Source: Planctomycetota bacterium
GTDB taxonomy: Bacteria; Planctomycetota; UBA8108; SXIK01
Assembly (NCBI GenBank): GCA_965223265.1
Contig: OZ244999.1
Coordinates: 4,091,822 to 4,155,821, forward strand
Direction: 5' to 3'
Length of the DNA stretch: 64,000 nucleotides
Shown: one piece after another, positions 19,301 through 28,142 of the stretch
Layout of the letters: each line of letters begins with the position of its first letter
Numbering within the stretch: position 1 is the first letter of the stretch
Notes under the pieces: generated by a model
The model's database searches: none
Seen by the model: the letters and a program-made list of their open reading frames with translations, nothing else
What the model was told of the DNA's origin: nothing
Position numbers and translations under genes: made by a program

Positions 19301-21797
19301 CATCACCGCCGAGCCCCAGGGAAACCTCAGCCACGTTGCCGTGCGCACCGCGCGACGCGGCACCCCCAACGCCTTCGTCAAAGACGCCCGCGACGTCTTC
19401 GCACCACTAGAAGGCAAGCTCGTGCGCCTGCAGGTCTTCGACACCGAGTTCTTCGTCGACGAGGTCGAGCTCGAAGAGGCCCAGGAGTTTTGGGACTCCA
19501 ACCGACCGCGCTTCGAACCGCCGCCCACGTTCGACGAGCTCTACAGCGCCCTCGACTCGCTCGCAGAGATCGACCTCGACAGCGACCCCGTCAGCCGCTT
19601 CGGCGGCAAGGCGAGCAACTTCTCCAGGCTCCAGCGCCTCCTCACCGGCACCTACCAGCAGTACCAAGAGCGCGGCTTCGCCATCCCCATGCACCACTAC
19701 CTGCGCTTCATGAACGAAAACACCCTCACACTCGAGGGCGGCAGAACCCTCACCTTTCAGCAACACCTCGACGAGATCCTCGCCGCCCCCGAGTTTCAGA
19801 GCGACTCGCAGCTGCGCTTTGAGGCCCTCGATGAGTTTCGCGATCGCGTCCGAGGCGAAGGCGTCGTCGACCCAGCACTGATCGCCGCGCTCGCTGTGCG
19901 CATCGAAGAGGTCTTCGGTGACACCACCACCATGGTGCGCTTTCGCTCCTCCTCCAACGTCGAAGACCGCCTCGTCTTCAACGGCGCCGGACTCTACGAG
20001 TCCACCTCGGTCTGCGCCCAGGACACCCTCGACCCCGCCTCCCCCGACGCCTCGCACTGCGACCCGACGCGCACCAATGAACGCACGATCGAACGCGCGC
20101 TCAAGAAAGTCTGGAGCAGCCTCTGGACCTTCAGAGCTCACGAGGAGAGGACCTTCTTTCAGATCCCCCCACAGCTCGCCTCCATGGGAATCCTCTGCAG
20201 CCGAGCCTTTCTTGACGAGAGCGCCAACGGCGTCGCCTTCACCGGAAACCCCACCAGTGTCGACGACAAGCGCTACGTCATCACCGCCCAGCTCGGCGAA
20301 GAGAGCGTCGTCAGCCCAGAGCCCGGAGTCTCGATCGAGCGCAGCTTGCTGGAAGTGGCAGGCGGCCAGGTCGTGCGCATCATCCGCGATCGCTCCTCAA
20401 CTCTTGTCCCACCCGGTGAGGTCATCCTCACCGACGAGCAGCTCATCGAGCTCGGAGGCGTCATGGCGCACGCCGACGCTGCGTTCGAGCTCGACCTCGA
20501 AGGGCACCAGCGGCGTGAGGTGCTGCTCGACTTCGAGTTCAAGATCGAGCCCGACGGTTCGCTCGCGATCAAGCAGGTGCGCCCTTTCCTCATTCCGAAC
20601 ACCGCGCCGAAAACGCCCACCTTCGAGCTCGAGGTGCCTGAGGGAAGCATGGTCTGCTCAGTCTTCTCCAAGGAGCGCGTCGGACGCGAGCCGCGCCGCG
20701 AGTTCGAAACCAAGAGCACCGTGCGGCTGGTGCCCGGGGTGATCACGCTGCCGACGGCCAGTGACACGCTCTCCGGCGAGCTCTTCGCTGAGGTGCGCTT
20801 CGGAGCAGCGCAGGAACTCGCCGTGCCGCTCGAGGACGGGCTCTTTCGACTCGAGAAGGTGAGCGCCGGCGGCAGTCTGACCACCTATCGATTCAGCTTC
20901 GAGCAGACCTTTGCCCTCGGTGAGAGCGACGTGCTCGCGCTGCGCGTCTTTGGCATCGACTTTAAGGGACGCGGCGAAGTGCCGATCGAGCCCGCCGTCA
21001 CCCTCAACGACGAATACCTGACGTTCGACCTCACCATGGAAGCAGAGCTCAACGGCGAGCCCATCGCAAGCTACTCCTCATGCACCTACTCCCTCCTGCC
21101 GCAGTTCGAGCTCGCCTTCGAACTCGACGGCGGTGACTCCATCAATATCAGAGAGCGGTTCCTCGAAGCCGAGAGCTTAACGTCCACCGGACCGGCGGCT
21201 GTCGTCCACGCTGCCGTGGAGCTCGGCGGCGAGCGTCGCGTCGTCACCGACTACTGGAAACTCGTCTACACCGCACAGCGACACAACTTGGAAGTACGCT
21301 ACTGGATTCTCTTCGAGCCAGCGATCTCCGCCGCTGGACTAGCGAAACCGGTTCACGCCGTGGAGGTCGCGCCGGCCGACCGTGAAATCGTCGTGCCGCC
21401 AGGTGCGCCGCCCATCGTAAGGCGCACCGAGTCGAGCGTCACGTTCCTCGACGCTGACTTTGAGCCTATTGCAACGCCCGCCGTCATCGACTTCTCGCGC
21501 CGCACGGTCGACTCGACGGAACCGCGGTTTCGCCGCGGTGACGTCAACTCCGATGGCATCATCGACCTCGCCGATGCTCTCGCCGAGCTCAGTTATCTAT
21601 TCCGCAGTGGTGAGACACCCGTTTGCCTCAAGGCTGCCGACGCCGACGATGATGGTCGACTCAACGTCTCCGATGCGATCACGATTCTTCTGCACCTGTT
21701 TCGAGGTGCTGGGCCGCTGCCGCAGCCGGGCGTCGCATGTGGAGTCGACTCCTCGTCGGACGCACTCGCATGCGAGTCGCAAAGCGGTTGCCGATAA
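16356..21797 (+). CDS. Giant secreted multidomain protein A (1813 aa): signal peptide, Ca-binding Cys-rich motif, FG-GAP repeats, PEP-utilizing phospho-His domain, PPDK_N ATP-grasp domain, unknown beta domain, C-terminal dockerin-like domain
   Basis: MLRPRPHIFAAIVCPLLCIALTAALSA signal. DCNFNGIEDGDE / DLDCNANGIPDTCE. Many FG-GAP repeats. GGVITAEPQGNLSHVAVRTARRGTPNAFV resembles the PEP-utilizers swivel His motif. GGKASNFSRL, VRFRSSSNVEDRLVFNGAGLYES and KKVWSSLWTFRAHEER resemble PPDK_N/PEP-synthase ATP-grasp motifs. C-terminal RRGDVNSDGIIDLADALAELSYLF...DADDDGRLNVSDAITILLHLF dockerin-like. Confidence 0.85.
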   Translation: MLRPRPHIFAAIVCPLLCIALTAALSAADCNFNGIEDGDETAQSTDLDCNANGIPDTCETAPPAFRARSVLSVGGVANSFPCGDVNGDEIPDVIAGHNRGFTVLLQRPAEREFDATDYPVDGAGKKWLLLDVDSDNDLDVVGVQTRRVVTFLNNGEAEFAGPVDTEFDSGVESFAAGDIDADGIVDVVLTNRVRDQVSVLFGRGDGRFDRAAHTAVGEFPLAVAIADLDGDGDLDVATANRDGNSVTLLSNDQGELGERQDVQVSGSSPQAIVAADFGGTSLPELVVGTLSSTLLLENRGGELTPRDLTVGLGIQQLSVTDVNGDGKDDIVGSILDPRAFWTLTSLDAGEFSLHSFNLGDRPEATEGCDLDGDGDSELCLGFFGLETVNVLWNDDSVERNFLSFGAPEFYEAGGRPHTAGTADFNGDGHLDLVTGNNRNSSTGMSVYINRGDGTFLPRAHYNSIARSFAMVVDDFDLDGHLEFAVADPSQNKPDIGVMRNRGDGTFVSSHTHNLTGGAFHVTSGDLDGDSFPDLVASMQGVGAVALLFNAGDGTFTNVTDIRVGARPVSAAVVDVDDDGHRDIAVATLSGGGIDLLRGDGSGLFSDPERFPLANSPSFVIAVDMNVDGAPDLVTVSESGQNATVLWNQGRGGFSASQPWPLRTKPYSVLEGDMNADGLPDIVALSELIGNFSLLLNGGDMTFSSPILLGTGPGPRYGAIGDFDGTGTDDLMSANRPGNSITVIRNQTDVASFPAAALELICTEKNFLDISRRVTTRGLTVRATKYVAPARADDASLLSTQYQNVNRFELHEEFLGAVFPERFPSLPGDREFYNQLIGRRATRDYYVGVLTRRQAESGPLYTFTAVTDTGFSVGEILEQEELEGLYTTLKESFTLEPLAYEPDTELARRKAETFQNPQFPVHFDDGAAGLDYEPYTLATGYGRVRLLTLEEFNDANDSGTFTFQDVLVVDLAPRDIEGIVGGVITAEPQGNLSHVAVRTARRGTPNAFVKDARDVFAPLEGKLVRLQVFDTEFFVDEVELEEAQEFWDSNRPRFEPPPTFDELYSALDSLAEIDLDSDPVSRFGGKASNFSRLQRLLTGTYQQYQERGFAIPMHHYLRFMNENTLTLEGGRTLTFQQHLDEILAAPEFQSDSQLRFEALDEFRDRVRGEGVVDPALIAALAVRIEEVFGDTTTMVRFRSSSNVEDRLVFNGAGLYESTSVCAQDTLDPASPDASHCDPTRTNERTIERALKKVWSSLWTFRAHEERTFFQIPPQLASMGILCSRAFLDESANGVAFTGNPTSVDDKRYVITAQLGEESVVSPEPGVSIERSLLEVAGGQVVRIIRDRSSTLVPPGEVILTDEQLIELGGVMAHADAAFELDLEGHQRREVLLDFEFKIEPDGSLAIKQVRPFLIPNTAPKTPTFELEVPEGSMVCSVFSKERVGREPRREFETKSTVRLVPGVITLPTASDTLSGELFAEVRFGAAQELAVPLEDGLFRLEKVSAGGSLTTYRFSFEQTFALGESDVLALRVFGIDFKGRGEVPIEPAVTLNDEYLTFDLTMEAELNGEPIASYSSCTYSLLPQFELAFELDGGDSINIRERFLEAESLTSTGPAAVVHAAVELGGERRVVTDYWKLVYTAQRHNLEVRYWILFEPAISAAGLAKPVHAVEVAPADREIVVPPGAPPIVRRTESSVTFLDADFEPIATPAVIDFSRRTVDSTEPRFRRGDVNSDGIIDLADALAELSYLFRSGETPVCLKAADADDDGRLNVSDAITILLHLFRGAGPLPQPGVACGVDSSSDALACESQSGCR

Positions 21798-21898
21798 GCC
21801 CGCCGGAGAACGCGGCGCCAGAGCGCGAGTTGCCACTGGCGAACACCGGGGACCTCAATGGCTGGATCAACGCGAGAACGGGCGGTTATGCTGGTGGC

Positions 21899-24040
21899 AT
21901 GATCTATTCCAATCGCACAACGCGAAACACGCACGATCAGGCGCCTCGCACCATCACTTCTCTCTTCACGGTTTTGATCGCCTCGGCGGTCTGGACATCC
22001 ATCGTCTGCAGCGCACCGGATGACACCGAGGGGCGGACGCAGCGTCCCCCACTCAGCGCGAATGCTAGCGAGCTCCTCACACGCGCCGGCAACTCCGATT
22101 CGGACGCCGAACGCCTCGGTCTCCTGCGCAAGCTGTACCGTCTCGACGGGCTCGACCCCGAGTTGCGCATGGAGCTCGACGTCTTGCTGCCTGTCGCAGA
22201 GAAGTGGGTTGAGTCGCCGTTCCTGCCTTTCTTTTGGCGCGAATTTCGCGACAGCATCGAGTCTGACCTCGGCATCTCCAGTGCGTCACACCTCTATCCG
22301 CTCAGGTGCCTCTACCGCGGCCGCATGCTCGTTTGGAACACGCTCGAGATGGGAAACATCATCCGCAACCCAGCGCTGCGGCGACAGTTTCTCGACCAGG
22401 CCGTCGCTGACTTCAAGGTGGCTCTCGCGGCGTTTCCGAAGAACCGCATTCTGCGCATGTATCTCGGCGAGCCGATCGCGTGGGAAAAGCCGATCGCGGT
22501 GCCGAAAAGGGCGCCGCGCTGGGCCGCCCTGCAGCGGGAGAACTTGGAGAGGCTCAGCGACATCATCGTGTGGTGGATCGAAAAGCGCATGCAGCCCGAC
22601 GGCCAGTACGGCGGCGGCTGGGGCGACGACTGCGAAATGTGGCGCTGGTGGGCTCCCGTGCTGCTCGGATTCGATCACCCGCAGATCTCGTCCGCCCAAG
22701 CCCGCTTTTCGGCGGCGCTCATGTCGCAGCCGCACATGGAACGTGGTTACACCACGCGGATGACGGACGTCGAGCACACGGCGGAGGATTCTGCCGACGC
22801 CATCACGCCGATGATGCACCTTGCACCGGAGCAAACGGAATGGCGCGCGCGCGCACTGCGTCTCGCTACGCTGATGGAAGAAAGCTGGACAGGCGTCAAT
22901 CGACGCGGTTTTTTGCAGTTTCGAAGTACATATTTCACTGTCGACAAAGTCGACACCGCCCCCGAGCGTGCCTGCGACACTGTCTACCATCCTCGTGCCG
23001 TGCAGCCGGCACTCCTCCTCTGGCAGCGAACGGGCGACCCACAGCTCGGCTCTCTCTTTCGCCGTTGGATGGATCTCTGGGTCGATGCCGCCGCGCGCTC
23101 TGAGCGCGGCAAGCCGGCCGGGATCGTCCCGTCCGCGATTCATTGGCCCGACGGCACAGTCGGCGGCCTCGCAGGCAACTGGTGGGACCCGAACAACCAC
23201 GACGAACCGACACTCTATCTGTGGCCCAGCGCGCTCGGCATGCTCAACGACACGCTGCTCTTGACCTATCACATGACAGGCGACGAAAAGTACCTTGCCC
23301 CGCTGCGAAGCATGGCGGCAATTCGCCTGGCGTACTTGAAGAGCGATCCACAGGGCTCTCCCGAACCGGGAAGCGAGCCATGGTGTGCCTCGCGATTGCG
23401 CGGCCTGGCCGGAACGCTGGCGAAGTATCGCGCACTGACGAAGAACGGCGAGTTCGACGAGCTCCTCGAGCGGGAAGGTCTCACGCTCACCGCGGGCGAA
23501 CGTTTCGCCGATCGAGTCCAACTCGAAGAGGAGCTCGTAGCCAGCGCGAAGTCGCTGCGCACGAACTTCGCCGGCTACACCAGTGAGGTGCGCTGGACGG
23601 ACCGCGTGCTGCGGTTTCCGGCGCTCTTCGGCGAGAATATGATGTTCCCAGGGGCACTCCCGGGTTTTCCGACACCAAACCCTGGCCTCCTCTACCGGCT
23701 GGTGACCGGCGATCCGGGCTCGGCTGGATACTTTCCGCTCAATGCCGTGCGCTGGCGGACGCCACCAAAAGACATCGCGGTCCTCGTGACGCATTCCGAG
23801 ACGGATCGATTCGCGGCCGAACTGTTTCATTTCGGCGCCAGCCCGCGGCCGATGGTGGCCGACCTCTACTTGCTCGCCAGAGGAAGCTACACGCTGACGC
23901 TGACTGCCGCGGCTCGAGCGGTGGCTCCGACGGCCGAACTGCTGCGCCGGGACATCGACGTCACTGGGCCCGTGACCCGCCTCAGCTTCGAGTTGCCACC
24001 CCAGCGGCTGGCGCACCTTGTCGTCGAGACCAAGCCCTGA
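21899..24040 (+). CDS. Hypothetical secreted protein (~714 aa), possibly an alpha/alpha-barrel-type carbohydrate-active enzyme
   Basis: Long ORF on the coding strand with a hydrophobic N-terminus (ITSLFTVLIASAVWTSIVCSA) from the Met at 21899. Trp-rich segments (WWIEKRMQPDGQYGGGWGDDCEMWRWW). No confident family assignment. 102 bp downstream of giant gene A, so possibly co-transcribed. Confidence 0.55.
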   Translation: MIYSNRTTRNTHDQAPRTITSLFTVLIASAVWTSIVCSAPDDTEGRTQRPPLSANASELLTRAGNSDSDAERLGLLRKLYRLDGLDPELRMELDVLLPVAEKWVESPFLPFFWREFRDSIESDLGISSASHLYPLRCLYRGRMLVWNTLEMGNIIRNPALRRQFLDQAVADFKVALAAFPKNRILRMYLGEPIAWEKPIAVPKRAPRWAALQRENLERLSDIIVWWIEKRMQPDGQYGGGWGDDCEMWRWWAPVLLGFDHPQISSAQARFSAALMSQPHMERGYTTRMTDVEHTAEDSADAITPMMHLAPEQTEWRARALRLATLMEESWTGVNRRGFLQFRSTYFTVDKVDTAPERACDTVYHPRAVQPALLLWQRTGDPQLGSLFRRWMDLWVDAAARSERGKPAGIVPSAIHWPDGTVGGLAGNWWDPNNHDEPTLYLWPSALGMLNDTLLLTYHMTGDEKYLAPLRSMAAIRLAYLKSDPQGSPEPGSEPWCASRLRGLAGTLAKYRALTKNGEFDELLEREGLTLTAGERFADRVQLEEELVASAKSLRTNFAGYTSEVRWTDRVLRFPALFGENMMFPGALPGFPTPNPGLLYRLVTGDPGSAGYFPLNAVRWRTPPKDIAVLVTHSETDRFAAELFHFGASPRPMVADLYLLARGSYTLTLTAAARAVAPTAELLRRDIDVTGPVTRLSFELPPQRLAHLVVETKP

Positions 24041-24127
24041 GGAATCCACAGCCTCGCGTGACGCGCTCACCTTCCCACGGCGCCTGAACAGTCCCTAGCA
24101 TGCCGTGGCTGCGATCACACATCCGTT

Positions 24128-24496
24128 TCAACGCGCCTCTTCCATCAGAGTCAGGACGTTCCCATCCGGGTCTTTGAGATGAGCTAGCGTGCCGCCAAAG
24201 TCCTGCTTTGCAGGCGGACCAGCGAACTCGACGCCTCGATCGGTCAATAGCTCGTATTGCCGAGCGATGTCCTCGACCATAAGAGTGACGCCGACGAAAC
24301 GGCCGACCAGCTTCCCTCCTTGCGCAACACGATCCGCTTCGCACTTTTCTATCGCCAGGCTCACATCGACTCCGGTTTCGAACTGCGCCCAGGAGGTCTT
24401 GTCGGTGTAGTCGATCTCCATGCCGAGCGTCTGAGTGTAGAAGTCGAGAGATCTCTCAAAATCGGTCACGAACACTCGCACAAATCCTACTCTCAT
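24128..24496 (-). CDS. VOC family protein (glyoxalase/bleomycin-resistance fold)
   Basis: MRVGFVRVFVTDFERSLDFYTQTLGMEI ... GVEFAGPP...DPDGNVLTL typical of paired beta-alpha-beta-beta-beta VOC modules. Start at the internal Met (24496) to avoid overlap with patatin. Confidence 0.7.
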   Translation of the reverse strand: MRVGFVRVFVTDFERSLDFYTQTLGMEIDYTDKTSWAQFETGVDVSLAIEKCEADRVAQGGKLVGRFVGVTLMVEDIARQYELLTDRGVEFAGPPAKQDFGGTLAHLKDPDGNVLTLMEEAR

Positions 24497-24554
24497 GGGA
24501 AGTTCCTCGTTGTGCCAACGCTCGCACCGCTTGTTCCGCCTTGAACGATCCGGT

Positions 24555-25691
24555 TCAAGATTCGACGAAGGCGCGAATCTCGTCGGCACGCGCTTTCGCG
24601 TCTTGCTCGCCGAGCTCGATTAAGCGCGACACGTAGTCGCCCTGAAACATCAGCATACTCAAATAGTCCGAGTTGCGCGTCTCCTTGGTTCCAAGGCCAC
24701 GCATCATGAAGCGAAAAAGTCGCGGCAACTGGACTTCGTAGTCACCAGCAAGGCGGCCCAAGTCTTGGGACGGTCGCACAACGAGAAGCCGGACGGGGTG
24801 AAGCCTGCCGCGAGCTTCCTGGGGACAGCTCTCGAGCAGCCGATTGATCCGCTCAAGGTTTTGAGCGTCATATTCGAGCATATCGAGGAAGACGGAGTTC
24901 ATCAGGACGCCAGCGATGTGGGCCGGAGGTGGATAGCCCTCGAGGGTCGTCATGCTTCCTTCCGCGGTGGTGCGCGGGTAACGCGTCGAGATGGCGACGA
25001 TGCGGTCAGCACCCAGGTGGAGCGCCGGGGAAAGCGGCGCGGTCAACCGGATACCACCGTCACCATGCCACTCTTCTCCGACTTTGATAGCCGGAAAGAA
25101 GAGCGGCAGCGCCGATGACGCCATGATGTGATCGACCGTCAGTCGACACTCAACGGCGACGCGGTGGGCACGTTGCCACATCGTGCGGGCGCGTCCTTGA
25201 ATCCAGGTGTTGGACTGAGCGGTACCATAGTTCGTCGTCGTGATGCCGACAGCGTCCAGCACACCGCTTTCAATGTTTCGCGTGACGTTAACGAGAACTT
25301 CGTCGGTGTGAGGCAAAGCCTTCAGGATGAACGATCGAAGCGGCGCGGTGTCGGCAAGCCCTCTCGCCTTCGGCGCTCTCAAGTGTCCGCCAGAGAAGAG
25401 ACGCAGAGCCCACTGCGCCAGTCCTTTCATGACCGGGCGCGAATGGACCTGAAAGACATCCTCGACCTTCAGTCCGCGCCACAGCTCCGCCAACTGCTCG
25501 ACCGACTCACCATAACTGCACGTCCGTGAAGCGAGATGTGCCGTATTGATCGCGCCGGCTGAGACGCCAGTGAGAATCGGTACGCGCAAATCGGGATAGA
25601 GTCGCCCGAGAAACCGCAGCACTCCCACCTGATAGGCCGCTCTCGCACCACCGCCGTTGAGAGCAAACCCCAGCTTTCCTTCGCAGCTCAA
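24555..25691 (-). CDS. Patatin-like phospholipase
   Basis: Oxyanion hole GGGARAAYQ(G-G-G-x-R) and nucleophile elbow GVSAG (GxSxG). 378 aa. Confidence 0.85.
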   Translation of the reverse strand: MSCEGKLGFALNGGGARAAYQVGVLRFLGRLYPDLRVPILTGVSAGAINTAHLASRTCSYGESVEQLAELWRGLKVEDVFQVHSRPVMKGLAQWALRLFSGGHLRAPKARGLADTAPLRSFILKALPHTDEVLVNVTRNIESGVLDAVGITTTNYGTAQSNTWIQGRARTMWQRAHRVAVECRLTVDHIMASSALPLFFPAIKVGEEWHGDGGIRLTAPLSPALHLGADRIVAISTRYPRTTAEGSMTTLEGYPPPAHIAGVLMNSVFLDMLEYDAQNLERINRLLESCPQEARGRLHPVRLLVVRPSQDLGRLAGDYEVQLPRLFRFMMRGLGTKETRNSDYLSMLMFQGDYVSRLIELGEQDAKARADEIRAFVES

Positions 25692-26060
25692 TCTTCACCT
25701 CGGAATCAGTCGGTCGCGCTCAGAAAAGGACTGTGCACGACGACAGCGGCGGATTTCGATCTCTCTTCGAGGACAAACCCTCGGGAGGACACAAATCAGT
25801 TGGTCGACGCGTGAGCGGCCTTCGGGCCGACCGTGGCATACGTCGCACGTTACTTATACCGATGGCTCTCGAAAATGGCGCCTCAAGACTTGAGCGCCGG
25901 AACGCCACAGGGCCGATAACAGACTGTGGCTGCAGACGCAGTCGCCGCCGGAGCCCGCCCGCGTCAACTTCGGCTGTAGCTCGACAAAGCCGCGCCGCAC
26001 GCCCGCCGAGAGCCGCAGAGATTCTCTCTGCCTTCGGCGCCGTCGCCGCTTGAGCCCCCG

Positions 26061-26126
26061 TTTGCGTTTGCGTTTGCGTTTGCGTTTGCGTTTGCGTTTG
26101 CGTTTGCGTTTGCGTTTGCGTTTGCG
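26061..26126. repeat. Hexanucleotide microsatellite (TTTGCG)11
   Basis: Read directly. The six-frame ORFs across it translate as TQ/KR/AN dipeptide runs, as expected for a simple repeat. About 370 bp upstream of the patatin start. Confidence 0.9.
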
Positions 26127-26440
26127 TGGGCGTGGGAGTGGGCATGGGAGTGGGTGAACTCGGTTGCGGGCGTGCGTGTCGGTGCAAGTCTCGGTCGCGC
26201 ACCGCGAGGCTGTGAGTCTTTTTGGAACGTGCCGTCGTGCCTCACGGACACCTCCACGCTCGGACCCGGAACGGCACGCGGGAGCGTGCCTGCTACTTTG
26301 AAGATCGAGTTGGCGGTGGTAAGTGTAGAGTCGCAGGCACACGCCGTTTGCCGTGTCGCCGTGTCGCTGTTGCCGTGTGCCGTGTGCCGTGCCGGACGTG
26401 AACTAACCGTGACCGTGACCGTGAGTTGCGACGGCACTCC
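26127..26440. repeat. Compound simple-repeat tract: (GTGGG/GGGNGT)n, degenerate (GCCGTGT)6, (GTGACC)3, plus a palindromic-element copy
   Basis: tgggcgtgggagtgggcatgggagtgggtg; gccgtgtcgccgtgtcgctgttgccgtgtgccgtgtgccgtgcc; gtgaccgtgaccgtgag. Within it, 26286..26350 resembles the palindromic element at 39895..39984. Confidence 0.8.
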
Positions 26441-26456
26441 GCGTTCGAATCTGTCT

Positions 26457-27938
26457 CTATGGCCCCGGGACGGGATCGTCGGGCCCGATCGGCTCTCCCT
26501 GCCAGTAAGGCACACCGTCCCTGATCTCGAGCAATCGAACGCGCGATCCCTTCATGGGCGGCACGTTGACGCTTGGTAAAAAGCTCGCGAGTCGTTTCTT
26601 CGTTGCCGCGACGCTTTCGAGAGAGGCGATGTTCCTCCACTCCTCGGGATCCGTGCGCAGGTCGTAGAGCTCTTCGGAGCCGTCGGCGTAGCGGATGTAG
26701 CGAAAACGCTCGTCGCGTACGCCATGATTGTTCGGTCCGTGGGTTGTGATCGCCGGCCACTCGCGCGGCGCGCGGGCGTCCTTAAGCTGCGGCACCAGGC
26801 TGTGACCCTCGACACCGCTCGGAGCGGGCAGTTCGCAAAGCGCGGCGAGCGTCGGATAGACGTCCAACAGCTCGGCCGGTTTCGTACATCTCCCGCCGGC
26901 AGACACGCCCGGCCCGGCGAAGATCAAAGGCACACGCGTCGATGGCTCCCACAGTGTGTTCTTGCCAGTGATCAACTTGGAACCGAGGTGGTAGCCGTGG
27001 TCGGAAAAGAGCACCACGATCGTGTTGCGCGCCAGGCCTGTCTCCTCGAGGGTGTCGAGCACGCGCCCCACCATGGCGTCGACAAAACTGACACTTGCCA
27101 AGTAGGCACGCACTTTGTTTCGCCATTGACCATTCTGCCGCACCCACTCAAGTCTCGGTTCCGGTAGTTTCCAGTGGAGGTACCATGAGAACCTTGGCGT
27201 GTCTTCCCGGTCGTCTTCGCGCATCGAAGGCATTTGGAGTTCTTCCTCGGGGTAGAGGTCGAACCACTTCTGCGTCGCGAACAGAGGCACGTGTGGGTGA
27301 TAGAACCCAACGCTCAAGAAGAATGGCTGCGGAGGTGGGCTACGAAGTGTCTTGATTGCCCAGTCGGCAACTTTCCAGTCAGACTGCTCCTCATCACGCT
27401 CGGGGTAGACGCCCCAGTCAACCAGCGCGTGGCTCAGGCCGGGGACGATGCGTTTCTTGGGACGCGGCGCAAAGCCGCCGTGAAATCCCCAGACGTCGAC
27501 CTCAGACCCTGTCGTCCGGAGCTCTTTCGGCGGGTAGGCACCATGAAAAACCTTGCCCGTTGTCAACGTTCGATAACCGCCTGCGGTGAAGTGCTGCCAC
27601 AACGTCCGATGCGATCGCCACTTTGGGTCGGTACGAAACCATGGATAGAGGGCGTAAACTCCGGACGTCGACGGACGGAGTCCCGTCATGAAGCTCGTGC
27701 GCGACGAATTACAAAGTGGCGCCTGGCAATGCGCATTTAGGAAGACGGCACCGCGACTGGCGAGGCGGTCGATGTGAGGGGTTTTCGCCTGTGGGTGCCC
27801 ACCCAAACACCCAAGCCAATCGTTCAAATCATCGATGGCGATCAGAAGAACGTTCGGTCGCTCCGCGCCCCGCAGCGCAGCAGGGGACGACATCGACAAC
27901 ACAGCGCTAGCCAGCACGAACAAAGCGTGGAATCTCAT
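26457..27938 (-). CDS. Secreted sulfatase (arylsulfatase family) with a variant active-site signature C-N-S-S-R
   Basis: Signal peptide MRFHALFVLASAVLSMSSPAA. RPNVLLIAIDDL; PLCNSSRTSFMTG occupies the position of the canonical C-x-P-x-R-x(4)-TG motif but has Ser in place of Pro. C-terminal sulfatase fold motifs (LFSDHGYHLG). Confidence 0.85.
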   Translation of the reverse strand: MRFHALFVLASAVLSMSSPAALRGAERPNVLLIAIDDLNDWLGCLGGHPQAKTPHIDRLASRGAVFLNAHCQAPLCNSSRTSFMTGLRPSTSGVYALYPWFRTDPKWRSHRTLWQHFTAGGYRTLTTGKVFHGAYPPKELRTTGSEVDVWGFHGGFAPRPKKRIVPGLSHALVDWGVYPERDEEQSDWKVADWAIKTLRSPPPQPFFLSVGFYHPHVPLFATQKWFDLYPEEELQMPSMREDDREDTPRFSWYLHWKLPEPRLEWVRQNGQWRNKVRAYLASVSFVDAMVGRVLDTLEETGLARNTIVVLFSDHGYHLGSKLITGKNTLWEPSTRVPLIFAGPGVSAGGRCTKPAELLDVYPTLAALCELPAPSGVEGHSLVPQLKDARAPREWPAITTHGPNNHGVRDERFRYIRYADGSEELYDLRTDPEEWRNIASLESVAATKKRLASFLPSVNVPPMKGSRVRLLEIRDGVPYWQGEPIGPDDPVPGP

Positions 27939-28142
27939 GCCTGCACGACACCTCCGTCCCCAACGAAACACTCGGCGGCAAGTGGTCCGCATGCGCATGC
28001 GCACTCGACCTCGCGCACTGACACTCACCGCCACGGCGATGGCAACAGGGTATCACAGTCAGAGGCAATCTTGACTAACTTCGCGCTACTGAACTGCCCA
28101 CACGGTGCCCCAGAGGCCTGCGATGCGAAGCAGACACCAGGG

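Noticed and set aside
18624-20141. Several 200-250-aa minus-strand ORFs inside giant gene A
   Set aside because: Antisense shadow ORFs (Gly/Ala/Val/Glu-rich, no motifs). The plus-strand reading carries all recognisable domains.
22286-24070. 594-aa ORF on the minus strand
   Set aside because: Entirely antisense to the 21899..24040 gene. Arg/Ala/Gly-rich translation typical of the opposite strand of a high-GC coding region. No protein-like motifs.
25720-26515. ORFs translating as TQTQTQ..., KRKRKR... and ANANAN... runs
   Set aside because: These are six-frame translations of the (TTTGCG)n and neighbouring simple repeats, not genes.
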